Positions 25,001-36,666 of a stretch of DNA of 64,000 nt are shown here, piece after piece; the stretch's first letter is position 1; each line of letters opens with the position of its first letter. The notes below the pieces were generated by a model. The model was given only the letters and a program-made list of their open reading frames with translations, did not search any database and was not told the origin of the DNA. Source of the DNA: Amoebophrya sp. A120 (Eukaryota; Protista; Dinoflagellata); assembly GCA_905178155.1 (NCBI GenBank), contig CAJINV010000009.1:186001-250000 (forward strand), written 5' to 3'. Both the position numbers and the translations under genes were made by a program.

Positions 25001-26414
25001 GAAACTCAAACTCAAAGTCCAAGTTGATTCTGAAACTCGAAGTCGAAACTGAAACTCAAACTCAAAGTTCAGGTTGATTCTGAAACTTGAAGTCGAAACT
25101 GAAACTCAAACTCTAACTTAATTCTCAAACTCAAACTCAATGTTGAAACTCAAACTCAATGTTGAGACTCAAACTCAATGTTGAAACTCAAACTCAAACT
25201 GACATTTGCATTCTTTTCTGCCAAGGTAGTTAATATCTATACCATGATAAGATTTCATACAAGATACTGCCTTGTGCGGCTTTCGTTCTTTGCACAATAA
25301 CAAAGGCACAAGACCAGGTGGCAAAAAAGTTTGGTACTGTGGTGCATGAGCCGCCGGCAGGGCACGAACACGATCGAGTGCTGACACGATCACGACATTC
25401 ACATTTACTCCTATTCTTGTATTTGCAGACCCAGGAGCACGACCCTGACCTCCACAGGAGTGCTTATCAATCAGGCCAATATAATTCTTGCGTCGATGAT
25501 GAAAAACAAAAACAGGTCTCATGAACAAGTTGACCGACAAGAACTTCGACTCGATTTACGCGCAGATTTCATGTCTGATCAAGAAGCAGCGGCACATTGA
25601 GCAGCTGATGAAGGAGGTTTTCGACAAGGCCACGACCCAGCATTTTTTCCTCGACATGTACACGAAATTGACAGTGCAGTTGAACGAGGACTTGCGCGAG
25701 AAGTACGTGGCCGGGGAGATCATTTTTGAGGAGGGCGAGGAGCCGAAGAACTTTCGCACCATTCTGCTCAACGACTGCCAGGAAACGTTCGGCGACAGTT
25801 TGGTCAACAGCCAGGAATTTTCCATTGAGAAAATCGACGTAGAGTCTGACGAATACGAGGCCTTCGTCAAGTACTGATGTTTTTTTTTTTCATAATGATA
25901 ATTTTCATCCGTACCCTGTAACAGTATAAGGTAAGTGTAAAAATCTTCGGCGATGAGAAAAGGACGAATACGAAAAGAAGTAGACCAGGACACGAAAAAA
26001 TATAAATCGGCTTTCCAAAACCTCAGGAAAAAGAACACGGTGACGGGCAATGTGCGGTTTATCGCGATGCTGCTGAAGGAAAAGATGCTGGCATCGAAAG
26101 TGTTCAATCACATCTGCGAGGAGCTCATGTCTCCGCAGCCGCCGAAATCTCCCGGTGACGAGAAGACCAGCGCCAGCGCCGCCGGAGGCGGTGGACATAA
26201 CGAGCTGAAACTGGAGCTGCTGGTGATTCTGTGCGAGATTGTGGCCGATTCGCTGATCCAATCGGCAGCGGTGTGCGCGTTCCAGAGAAACAGTTTGTTT
26301 CCGGAACTTATGGACCGGAGCAAAGACAAAAAAATCAAACCGCGCTTGCGTTTCATGATTCAGGACTGCGTCGAAAAGATGAAGAACGAATGGTACTTCC
26401 AGGCGACGAACTGA
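13090..26414 (+). CDS. eIF4G-like translation initiation scaffold, about 15 exons and ~2,800 aa
   Basis: N-terminal PAM2 motif SNLNANASEFVPG. YTRADILALR near 23535 resembles the YxxxxL-phi eIF4E-binding motif. C-terminal MIF4G domain: RKLKSLMNKLTDKNFDSI..VFDKATTQHFFLDMYTKL..FRTILLNDCQETF..GNVRFIAMLLKEKML..PRLRFMIQDCVE. Frame continuity was checked manually across 11 GT-AG introns and 3 introners. Confidence 0.8.
14378..14774. mobile_element. Diverged introner (family 5/3-like, 397 nt) carrying a nested palindrome
   Basis: Ends TATCCGAAGGACAAACGTTCCCACCTCCCCATA / TATGGGGCGGGTACGTTTTTACTGAGGACA. Flanks CGGGA/CGGGG. Excision joins ORF 13498 to the frame of ORF 14884. Confidence 0.8.
14481..14629. 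repeat. Perfect 149-nt palindrome (74-bp arms, 1-nt centre)
   Basis: 14481-14554 is the exact reverse complement of 14556-14629. Confidence 0.97.
18513..18556. repeat. Perfect 44-nt palindrome in a GC-rich intronic block
   Basis: GGGGAACCTCTTGTCCACCCGG|CCGGGTGGACAAGAGGTTCCCC, inside GT-AG intron 18231-18746. A second stem CGTCGGATCTCC..GGAGATCCGACG lies at ~18406-18461. Confidence 0.9.
21178..21482. mobile_element. Introner family 2 (305 nt)
   Basis: Ends TATGGATGTGTCAGAGTTGAAATTGACAAAGTTGAAA / TTTCAACTTTGAGGATCTGAAACCTGACGCTTCCATA. Direct repeat AAAAT at 21173-21177 and 21483-21487. Excision restores SSKN-DGTST. Confidence 0.93.
21528..21791. mobile_element. Introner family 1 (264 nt)
   Basis: TIR core TGCAAAAATGTCTGGGTCTGGAAG. 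Direct repeat TACCA at 21523-21527 and 21792-21796. Excision restores YSVT-N-RDSHLE. Confidence 0.92.
24257..24422. repeat. 29-nt tandem repeat A (GGCGCGCCCAGAGTGGTCGCCCCGGCTCC-like, about 5.5 copies)
   Basis: GGCGCGCCCA recurs at 24257, 24286, 24315, 24344, 24373 and 24402. Lies in eIF4G intron 24102-25515. Confidence 0.93.
24428..24890. repeat. ~29-nt tandem repeat B built on the 18-nt palindrome GTCCGACGGCCGTCGGAC
   Basis: More than a dozen full or truncated palindromes separated by near-identical ~11-nt linkers (GACTTTTGGCT / AACTTCTGGCC). Confidence 0.95.
24892..25200. repeat. AT-rich tandem repeat C (AAACTC-based; ~50-nt units, then 19-nt units)
   Basis: Recurrent GAAGTCGAAACTGAAACTCAAACTC..AAGTTGATTCT, followed by CAATGTTGAAACTCAAACT x3. 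Confidence 0.9.
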
Positions 26415-29262
26415 AAACGCAAAGAAGAACTCCTGAAAAAGTCACTGATAAAAATGCGACAAGATGAACATCAAACACAAGCGTGGTCCTTATCGAATAC
26501 GAGTAACCCTTCCTCCCGTGAAGATTCTGCGAAACGGGAACCAGCTTCCCCCGGCTGTTGGGGTCCTTTCTCTACAGCGTAAAAATCCTCCACCTCGACG
26601 ACAGCGAAACACCACCTGCTCCTGCGTGTAAGTAAAAAAACTTCGACAAATAAAAGGACTCCCTTCCAACGTTAAGGCCTCGCCATCTGGATACAGAAAA
26701 CGGATAAAATTTATCACGAAAAATTAGATGAAAAGATAATCGAACGAATGCTGGGTGCTCGTTGACGATGACAACAACGAGCGCCCAGCAACATGAACTG
26801 AAAATAGAGAATCAACATGAATTAAAGACACAGTTTGTGTATCTGGTTTTTTGAAGCAGAGTAAACTACAAACATCAACCTCCTAAGGCAGAAGAAAAAA
26901 ATAGTAGGTACATTTGAGGAAATGCCCGTTCTTATCGGCAGAGCAATAGCCGAAGTATGGATAGGGTGTTTCCTGGTAAACTATTCCAAAAGTAAAATCG
27001 ATTCGACCTATCTCGAACAAGTGTAGGAGAAGTAAACTAGTAAAAGATCATTTATTACATTTTATGAACAATCATTTGTATGAATATCTTGTAAACACAT
27101 AAAAATTCGGTAGTGGACGCGGGGGATGGACTTTGAGGTCGTGATGTATTCTAGTTTTTCCATGGCTAGAAATGTGGAAAGGCGCTGCCAAGTGTACTGC
27201 TCTATCAAGCGGAACGGGAATCCTGCTCACGACTGGTACCATGGGCGCCTCGCCTTGTTCCAACGACATGAGACGCGTTGGCTTGAGGGGCGCAGCAGCG
27301 ACGGCGCAACATCACAATTGAATCAATTTTATTCTTGATGCACGGCATCTACGATGTCACAAGATACAAGTTTCACAGGCGACATTAGTATTCCACGGGT
27401 GTAGAAGTTGAAGTACAAAAGCTTTTTTATAGTCGAAAAATGCACTTGCTTCTGCTTTCGACTTCGTGACTCCCGGAGGCGCGAAGGTGGTAGAAGCCGG
27501 AGAAAAACACTTCGAACCTATCAGAATGCCAACATAATAAGATGGTCGCCCCGGATACTGAGACTGATTTCTCGAAAAATGTATTTTTCTGATATAAAGA
27601 GTTACAGGCTGAGAATTCCCGTTCACGTTTCTTTCTTAGCAGCAACTACAGTTATCGAAGAAAGTAAAGAGCAAAAGAACCCGCCTCGCACGCGAAACTT
27701 CGTAATCAAGAATACAGACCGAGACTGAGACCTCAACATCTTTTTTTGACTGGATAGAGCGGCCTCTCTTGATTGTTGTCCAAATTCAAGAAAAAGTCAC
27801 TATATCCTCAAAGAACGACTGCGATTTAGTAGAGCGAAAAGGGATATAAAGATAGTACAACTAGCAGTTCTGCTTCTGCCCAGAACGCAATCGCTCCCGA
27901 CAGTAGAGGAGGCACGATCAAAAAAATGAAAAATCGTCCCTCTTGCAAACCGCGTCTGTCAAAAGGGATGCGGTAAGACGAGCAGACCTGTAGCTTTCTT
28001 ACATCCACAAGCCCGGATCACCGATACAAAACTCTCAAGAATTCGAAACACCACATTGTATACAACCACTTGTCCTCGGGTCTTCAGCATCTACTGCTAC
28101 TACTCCGCATAGGTCTATTTCGAGCTATATGATAGTGAGTACCTACTTTTGCCCCGCGACTGCTTTTTTTCAGGTGCACCGGAGCTGCAACAATTGGCAT
28201 TGGAAGAAGACCTCGACGTCGACCCCAGAGGAAATGCCTGATGCTGTTGCCACTTTTGGAAATCAAGCATACCTGCTACGCCCCGTGCTCCTTCTCACAA
28301 GGAGCAGCAGGAGCTGCTGCCAAATGTCCCCCCGTACTCCCCAACCCGCCTTGATTCCTTTACTTTGGTAGAGCTCACGAATAAAAGCGGCCCTTCTTCT
28401 CAGCTGTACCTTACCCCTTGTGAGTTCTTCTTTTTTTATCCGTGCTGTCCATTTTTTAACGAAGCAAGACCAAAATTACGAGTCTGTATATTCGTAATTG
28501 CCAATCGTATCACATAATCATGAACTACAGCTAAAATAACTTCTTTACGTATCGAGCACATGCGCAACTAGCAAAGATATTCAATTCTCGCAATCAGAAT
28601 TTTTATGGCCATTTCAGTTCACACCTACGCAGAAATTCCCAAAAAAAGAGCACGAGCTGCGCGAGATGGCTCCTCCTCTTGCTGTAGTTCGTACGTGGAA
28701 CAGCATCAAAGCGTCGAACACAAGCTGGAGTTGTGTTCCGATACGCGACAGCGAGTAGTTGTTTTCTTCTTGTTGAAGAAGCAAGAAAAGGCCTCCACTC
28801 CGGAGCGATGTTGGTTCGTTGTTGATCACGCTGTTTTTCTTGTGTTTGTTGTGCATGAGAGCAGTAAATAGATAACTTTAACTTCTGTAGCCACTGCCGC
28901 TAGCACGAGACTTCTCAAGTTCGTTGCCTTGTGTTGTGTCAGCTTTGTTGTTTGCAGCTTCGGCGTGTTGTGTAGTAGAAAGTTGGAATATCATGCGTCT
29001 TGTGATCGATTCCTAAGTTACTGATGCTGTTTTTGAAACCGTGGAAATGTAAAATCAAAGCCGCGACTCACATGGTCAGCTTGAGCCACTTTCCATCTGC
29101 TCACCTGCACTTCGTGGTGCTACTACTGAGTGATGCTAGTGATGGCTCCCACTCTTTTATTCTAGTGGCGAAGAAGTAGTTATAGTTTACCGAAGAAATA
29201 AATGTGAGGTTGAGGATTTCATCCTTGTAGCGACAGAAGTCCATCGACCCGTTTACCGAATC

Positions 29263-32200
29263 ATGCCTGAGAAGGTTGCCCCTTTGCCGCGGCGGGTATC
29301 GGGGTCCGACGTATTCTTCGAGCAGCATGAGGACGACCACACGAGCGGTCAGGGTGCAGCGAGTAAAGCGAAAAGCAAGAGCTCCGTCGCTGCAGGTGGG
29401 AAGAGAGCGAAGGGAGATGGTGGAGCCGGAGCTCTCGCATTTGGGGTCCTGCAGAAGGAGGACACCAAGGAGCTGGCTATGGACGCGAAGAAGCCACGAC
29501 AGCAGGGTGGTCACAGCATCAGCAAACCACTGTTAGTGAAAGACGAGATTTCTAAAAGTAGTCGTGACAAGCAGATGGAACGACAAGAGGAAAAGATGAC
29601 TAAGAGAGGGAGCAAAGGAGCAGAGAATTCCTTCAAGAGCGCAGGAGCAACGACTACAGCGTCGAGAGGTGGAGGAGCAGCGAGCAAGAAGACTACACAG
29701 CTACCGGCTTCTTTACCGAGGTATAGTCATTTTTAGCATAAAAATTACTGTGAAGTACAGAAATACCTTCTGTTTCTGCATGCAGCTGTTGGAAAACAAA
29801 CATCTCTGCTCCTTCTTCTAGTAAGTAGTGTACAACTAAAAAATCTGAGCTCCGAGAATTCCCATGGAACATTATGTTCGCTATCGCTTTGCCTTTGTGC
29901 AGCGCCGGTTGTCAGCGTCAGCTGTTGCGCGCGTTATCGACTTGCAGCTGCTGCATCACCGGTCGCACGCGAGAAATAGAACAACTTTTATGCTAAACAA
30001 GCGGCAGAATGAACGACAGCGGCAAAAATTCCTGCATCCAGCATTTATTTTTCCCACTACTCGACCCCTGCTCAGGGATCCTTCCCAGTACAACGGCAGT
30101 GTCACCAAGGGCAAGGCCATCATTGGCGTGGACGAGGCCGGCCGCGGACCGCTTGCCGGACCCGTTGTTTGTGCGTGCGTCGCTGTCAAAGACGGGGAAT
30201 TACCGCCGGAGAGTATCCTCGGCGTGACTGATTCGAAAAAACTGAACGAGCCGCAGCGCCGGGAGGTGTTTGCCCAGCTGCAGAAACACGCCAAAACCAT
30301 GGTGACGAAAACGATTGGACTGACCGGGAAAGAAAGCAACATCTACGGGGAGGAGCAGTGGTGCATCTCTGACACGACCAGCTCAATGAATACTACTTCC
30401 AGTAGAACCGGCCCGGAAATCATGAAGAAAAGCGGCGGAAAGAACGGCATAACAAATGCTGAAGAAGAAATAACTGCTGCTAGTAGTAGTAGCCTTCACA
30501 AGAACCTGCACATTCGTTGCACGATAGTTCCTGCGAGCCGCATTGATGAGATCAACATTCTGGAGGCCACGTTCGAGGGCATGGTGACCAGCGTGAACAA
30601 TCTGGTGCCGGAATCCCTGCCGGAACTGCAAAAAATCGGAAAAGTGTTGGTTGACGGTCCGCATGTTCCGTCCGCATGGACAGACAAGCGGAAGAAGATG
30701 ATGAACATGAAAGTGATGGCGAAAAAAGCCTTGAAGGGGGGAAATAAAGGGAAAAAGGAAAAACTCGAGGACATGGTTGTAGTTGCGACTCTGAACAACA
30801 AATTCGATGGTCGAACGGAAATAGACGAAGCGGCTGTTGCTGCTGCAGTTCCGGCCTGGAAAAAAGGCAATGAGGATCAATCAGAAAAAGAAAAAGTTGA
30901 AGGAGATAAAGTTGATTGTCTCGAAGCTTCTCTGGTGAACAAACTTCCCTCTCCAGCGAAGAAGCGACGAGAGAGTGATGTAGAAGTAGCTGCTGAACAA
31001 GCTGCAGTTGTTGCCGCCGAGGAGAAAAGAAACGGCAGAAGTGCAGCAGTAGATTCTGCTAATCTAGCCGCCATCGCATTTTCGAGCACCAACAAGTTCG
31101 CAAGCGCTGCAGGTCAAGGTTGTTTGTCGTCCAACGGAAGAGGCGCAGGGGAAAGCATCGTCGAGCAAGAGGCCTCCGCCCCCGCGGCGGACCAAGCGCA
31201 GCCGAAGGTGGCACGTCGACCGGCAGCAGGTGCAGCACGCGAAGAAGATGGAAAGCAGGAAAAGTCAGATGAGGCACCAGTTTTCGTCCCGCCCCCGTTC
31301 GAAGTGGTTCCCGTGATCAAGGGGGACGGAAAGGAGTGGTTGATCGCCGCCGCGTCCATCGTGGCCAAGGTGATCCGGGACGAGATTCTGGAAAATCTGC
31401 TGGAAAAGCAGTACCCGCAGTACGGATTTGCGAGGCACAAGGGGTACGGGTATCGAAAGGAAAAATCCCCCCTCCCCATATCGAACAGGCATCCTTTTCA
31501 AAATTTGTGATGCTCATTTGTGGTCACAAATCAGGTCATCTGTCTTGCAGAGAGCAAAGCCAGAGCTTCCGCCGTTTTACGCAGGGGATTTGTAATGCTG
31601 CTGCGCCAACAGGGCAGACGTCTGCCATGCTGAGCGCCCACCTGTAACTAGCCATCCCCTTCCAGGCTTTGCATCTGCCTGCAGTTCTCTACTGCAGCAA
31701 GACAAAGCTGATGTGTGTACACAAATCCCGCAACACAGATCGCCATTTTGATATGGGGCGGGGGCATTTTTCCTTGCGATAACGGGACCGCGTTCCACAT
31801 GGAGGCGCTGAAAAAGTTCGGGCCCTGCCGGGAGCACCGCATGTCCTACGAGCCGGTTCGCTTGGCGGTAGAGGGGCTAGGTGCGGCGGGGAAGAAGAAG
31901 GAAGCAGGAGTCGCAAAGGCGGCTGCGATGAAGAAGCTCGTCGCAAACAAGCCGGCTGGTCTCGAACAAAGTAAGGGCAATGTAAAAATTCCTGCTCGTC
32001 TTCCGAAGAAAGGCACGTCGGAACAAGCGGAGGAACAGAAGGGAGGTGCGCAGATGAGTTCTTCTAAAACGAGAAATAAATGCGGTAAGGCGATGAAAGC
32101 TCTGGCAGGGGATAAAAATTCTCGGGCAGCTGTTCCATCCTCTTCCAAAGCGAAGAAGCCGGCTAGTGCTGCTCCGCATGTGAGTAAAGACAACAACGTT

Positions 32201-32476
32201 TCCTCCGCCGCCGAGGAGGAGGGTTATCTGGCGGATGCTGATTTTGGGACTAGCAAAGGCATGAAAAAACCAGCCTCAAGTACAAACAAAAGTGGCGGGA
32301 ATGGCGGCGGAGCGGGAGAGGGAGAAGGTGGCGGCAACGAGAAGAAGTCAACCATGAAAAGAACCCGGAGTAAGAGGGGGTCTCTGGCGGATGATGAGGC
32401 AGGCGAATCGTCGGCAACGGGACAGAAAAACATTGATTTGAAGTCAATGAAGATGACTAAGAAGAAAAAGATGTGA
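29263..32476 (+). CDS. Ribonuclease HII, bacterial (RnhB) type, with long low-complexity insertions
   Basis: [40 protein letters not shown] and [23 protein letters not shown]. After removing the 31451 element the frame continues [34 protein letters not shown]. The first exon joins via GT-AG intron 29721-30075. Confidence 0.9.
31451..31781. mobile_element. Introner family 3 (331 nt)
   Basis: Ends TATCGAAAGGAAAAATCCCCCCTCCCCATATC / GATATGGGGCGGGGGCATTTTTCCTTGCGATA. Direct repeat ACGGG at 31446-31450 and 31782-31786. Splits the conserved HKGYG|T motif. Confidence 0.95.
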
Positions 32477-32845
32477 GCGAAACTTACGGGAGCTGTGATG
32501 TACGTGTAACTGAGCACAGAAATCAAAGTCACGGTTGCGAAGCGGACTTTCCTGCCATAAACTGCTAGCAAAGATGAGAAGGTATTGTAGTGACGAGTTT
32601 TTAATATCGACCCACACGCCGGTATTGAAGTTTGGTACTGCGGAGTCAAAAGAATAACGTTCAAGTGTTCTCGGTGCCGTTCTAAAGCGTGATACTCCGC
32701 GTTGTAACAGGAAAAGAGATGAGACAGGCTCACTCCCGTGCACGCCCTAGGAGCGGAGAGGTTTGGAGGTGATGCAACTGAGTCCTGACTCGCAATTTAT
32801 TCTCATTTTGAAGTTAAACGGCCATAGGATCATCATACTTACACG

Positions 32846-34015
32846 ATGGATTGGCCCCCTGACGGTTTGGAGTTCAACACGCAAAACTATCCGAAGTACC
32901 ACCAAGTCAACGAGTACCTTCCTAACTACGAGCGCGACAAAATTCGCATCTGCCGGTGTTGGCAGAGCAAAAAGTTTCCCTTCTGTGACGACACGCACCG
33001 CCAACTCGTCGAAGCCGGTGATGAAGTCGGTCCTTTGGTGGTGCTCTACCGCCGGCGAGCCGGCATGCCGGCCGGGGGCGTACCGCCGCCAAGTGGGGGA
33101 AGCTTCCCCGCGGAAACAGCCGCAGTGCCAGCCATGGTCAGCGCGAATCCTTTCCGCACTGGCTTAGCCTCTCGCGTACGCGCAGGGCTGCTCGTATGGA
33201 GAAAAGGCGGACCAATGCCATGGGTGTTGCGAAGCGGAAATACAACGAACTTGCCTTTCGCATTTTCTTGTTTCTCTATAGTTGGATTCGGTTTGGGCTG
33301 GGGCATCGCGGGTTTATGCAGGAGAAGTTCCGGCGGCGGCTCTGCGCCAAGTTCCGCTACCGAAGCGCGGGAGGGAAAAAATCGTCGCGCGCAATTTCCA
33401 CAGCACACAAAGGAGCAGTCACAGTCTGTCGGCGCTCCAGGAGATCGGAGCAACCAAGCACACGCTGGCGATTCACCCCCTGGCCCCAATGAAGCTGCAT
33501 CGACTACTACTAGTTGCGAGCAAGGAGCGGGGGCGACGCCTTTCAGCTCATGGTCGATGCCGTCTGCCCGCGAACTATCAAGGAGATACGGCTTCTCGTT
33601 TTCTCGCCCGCGAACAGTTCCCTCTACTGTTTCAGATGGTACAACTAGCGACCTCCCACTGCATCCCGCTTGGACCACCTGTTCTTCGCAGCTACTCCAA
33701 CATCCCGGTCTCGGTAACTCCTCGCTGTTACCTCCCCACGAAATTATCAATGGTTTCGCTGCTGCCGGGGTCGTTGGGCAGTCCGCCGGGCAGGGGAATA
33801 ATGGTGGCGCTCCTGTTTTCGGATCAGGAGTCGATTTACATGGTCCCGGGGAGGAAGCCCTCGATAGTACCCCACAGCGTGATATAGACACCACCAGCAC
33901 GGTCGCGTCCGAGGAGGACCTGTCTGACGACGATGAACACATTGCGGACTCAGGGATGAATAGTAGATCTCGCAACTATCATCCTGGGAAGAGCCATAGA
34001 GACGAAAGAAAGTAG
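32846..34015 (+). CDS. CDGSH-type iron-sulfur (2Fe-2S) domain protein with a predicted TM helix
   Basis: [24 protein letters not shown] fits CxCxxSxxxPxCDxxH. A hydrophobic stretch [23 protein letters not shown] lies downstream. The C-terminal part is low complexity. Confidence 0.85.
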   Translation: MDWPPDGLEFNTQNYPKYHQVNEYLPNYERDKIRICRCWQSKKFPFCDDTHRQLVEAGDEVGPLVVLYRRRAGMPAGGVPPPSGGSFPAETAAVPAMVSANPFRTGLASRVRAGLLVWRKGGPMPWVLRSGNTTNLPFAFSCFSIVGFGLGWGIAGLCRRSSGGGSAPSSATEAREGKNRRAQFPQHTKEQSQSVGAPGDRSNQAHAGDSPPGPNEAASTTTSCEQGAGATPFSSWSMPSARELSRRYGFSFSRPRTVPSTVSDGTTSDLPLHPAWTTCSSQLLQHPGLGNSSLLPPHEIINGFAAAGVVGQSAGQGNNGGAPVFGSGVDLHGPGEEALDSTPQRDIDTTSTVASEEDLSDDDEHIADSGMNSRSRNYHPGKSHRDERK

Positions 34016-34429
34016 ATAAAGCAGGACAAACGACTGCGGGCGCTTGATGAGTAAAGCAAAGACCTGGCGCATGTTTTGGGTCGTGAAGGGGGTTTTGCTG
34101 TCTGATATTCTATTTTCCATTCGCTTGCGGGGAGAAGCAGAAGTAGAACTGCCAAGAACACGAGGGACTGACTCCGACATTCGTATATCCACCATGATTC
34201 AGGAGAGAGTAGATGAATTTGCGCTGACGTGATGAGAAGCTGCGGTTTTTGTGAGTAGATGAGCGTAGAATTGCAAGAGCTCGGTTGAGGCAGCGATAGT
34301 GAAGACTAGACCGAGGTCGTCGAAGAACATGCACAAAATGAACTGTAGCAGTTGGGGACACCATCAAGAACGACAGTGCCATTTGTGGCTACGGACACAA
34401 AGGTAGTCATGCGAACAGAGCAAGCAAGA

Positions 34430-35939
34430 ATGCGGATGAGGTGGACGACAGGAGGTGTAGCTCCGAGACATCTGTTTCTTGCTCTGCTCCACTTTAGCAG
34501 CACCGCACTCCATATGAATTGCAAAAGTATCGTACTCGTATAAATGCATTACAAATTTTATTTGTAATGCTGATTTACCTTGACAAAGAGATTTGTAATG
34601 CATAAATGCAATGTTGACTACGAGTACGATACATTTGCACGGGATACTCCAGCGCGTCCACGCTGTTCTCCGGACCGGCTCCCAACCGTGTCCTCCGGGG
34701 TATACCCGAGACGCCCGAAGTTGCGACGGTGTGTGCGCGGACTGCGACTGCCTGCCCGGCTTCAAGTGCTGCTGTCGCGTGCCGCCGGGTTACTACTCGC
34801 TCGGGGACCGGGCATTGCGGTGTCCGGGAGGAACCTACCAAGACGAGTTTGCGCAGTCCTATTGCAAGGCCTGTCCATCCACGGCCGGAATCGTCTATAA
34901 CCCAGCGGCGACGGTGTTATGTTAGTTTTTTTCTTTAGCGTAGTTCGAGTTCCATCCTGCTCATTCTGCGCGAATGATTCTACCCACGCAGATAAGTAAT
35001 ACTATACGAGCCGCGAATCAAATTTGTATTTGGATTTGCGCGAAAACCCCAAAACAGCGCGTCCCAGCCACATCTACTATCATACCTTCCACGGAGAGTG
35101 TGTGCGCCTTGGCAGCCTGTACGAGTGCAAACGTTGCTATGGATGTGTCAGAGTTGAAATTGACAAAGTTGAAATGATTTGTCATGCATAAAATGGATGC
35201 CCGTTGGAACCCAGTTTTCAAGTGGCGCAAGACAAATTTTGGTGGTCCCTAAATCCATTTTGTCATGCTGTGTAGGCAAAGAAGGGCGATTTTCTCATGT
35301 TACTTTAGCAGCTCCAGCTGCAACCCCAAACAGGCTTACAATCGGCCTCACTTGCCTGCTCTGCAATACACGTGCCTCGGGTCATCCATTTTATGCATTG
35401 CAAAGTATTTCAACTTCGACGATTTCAAACCTGACGCTTCCATAGTTGCAACGGACTGCCAGACGTCGGCACAGGTGGTAACGGCCATGAGCGTATCAAA
35501 TGCAAAAATGTCTGGGTCTGGAAGAATGCAACGTGTGATGCTGCATTAGGATGTCTAAAAAATTTGTGTTGCATGAGCAGCAAAAGGAGTCTAATTTTTG
35601 TTACGCGGAGAGGGCATTTGTCATGCGGAATAGGCATCAAGAATCCCTCAAAAAACCTGTGATGCTAGGGCATGCATCACAGACATCACGGCTCATGCAA
35701 ACTGTGCAGGACAAGCCTCAGAATCTCCCAGACCCAGACACTTTTGCATTTGATAGAGCGCCCCGGTGGTACAGACAGACTGGTGCGTGCAGTATTTGCA
35801 ATTGCCGAATGTGCGCACAACTTTGCGACAGCAGTGCGTTTTTTCGGTCGAAACCAGTAGCGCATATTGGAGAAGAAACAGTGGAGGCTTGCTGCTTTTC
35901 GTCGCAATTTATTCACTTCGATGGTTGATGCATGATTAG
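34430..35939 (+). CDS. Small Cys-rich secreted/surface protein (GCC2/GCC3-like repeat); 3 introners plus 1 GT-AG intron
   Basis: Signal-like N-terminus (HLFLALLHFSSTALQRVHA after removing 34513). Core VPPGYYSLGDRALRCPGGTYQDEFAQSYCKACP. The reconstructed C-terminus is hydrophobic, GGLLLFVAIYSLRWLMHD* (possible GPI/TM anchor). The start could instead be 34409. Confidence 0.7.
34513..34646. mobile_element. Introner family 4 (134 nt), inverted relative to 8893
   Basis: Ends TATGAATTGCAAAAGTATCGTACTCGTA / TACGAGTACGATACATTTGCACGGGATA. Direct repeat CTCCA at 34508-34512 and 34647-34651. Confidence 0.92.
35138..35444. mobile_element. Introner family 2 (307 nt)
   Basis: Colinear with and highly similar to 21178-21482. 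Direct repeat GTTGC at 35133-35137 and 35445-35449. Confidence 0.93.
35494..35755. mobile_element. Introner family 1 (262 nt)
   Basis: TIR TATCAAATGCAAAAATGTCTGGGTCTGG. Direct repeat GAGCG at 35489-35493 and 35756-35760. Confidence 0.93.
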
Positions 35940-36666
35940 AAAAATAGCGTTCATCAAAGCTGCATGCGTGCCCACGCGAACCGTGACCGTTTTCCGTGGA
36001 AGTGTCTGCGGTCATTCACTTTTGTCCAACCTGTGCAGCGGGCACCGCATTGTATATTCGCACATCATCTTTCAAAAATGAAAGGACCAGCAAGCCCAAG
36101 CGCAAGAGCAATTATCGAGCTTGTTCAGAGGTACTGCCTTGCTTCTTGTATGTGCCTCATCGTTGGAATTTTTAGCGGCGATTTTGGAATGCAGATCATA
36201 ATCAAGAACCAAGATGATCCAGTTTTTTCTTTTGGGCACGAAGCATCGTGTATCTTGGTCTTAGTTAGTAGTAGTACTAGTTAGCATAATTCCTAGTTGC
36301 GATCGCTACTTTACAGAATTTGGTCGTTCTGAAATGCAGCAAATGTCTTCTAGTTGTACTTCTCGTATTCGTTCTAGCGCTTCTAGGATATTAGACACCA
36401 GCTAAAGTGCGCACGATGCGGGCGAGGGATGGATGCTCGCACAGAGGTGCCGCGAAGATTGCCGAATCGACATTGACTCAGGCAGACTCTTGTACTGGCA
36501 GCGCTTTTTCCTAATCCTACCTTTCATCTTTTTATGATTTTCATTTTGTTCATTAATTTTCCGAAAAAAAGCAAAAAACTCAAAGTGTTTGTGTTTATTC
36601 AAGAAAGAAAAAGTGTACTTTGTTTTTTTGCTTTCTTCTGCCTATTGCACTAGCGAAAAATTGAAA

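Noticed and set aside
31441-31800. Frameshifted or pseudogenised RNase HII (likewise BtpA-APRT and the 2OG oxygenase)
   Set aside because: Exact element removal restores intact motifs with no other lesions, so intron-like behaviour is more parsimonious. Transcripts are still needed for proof.
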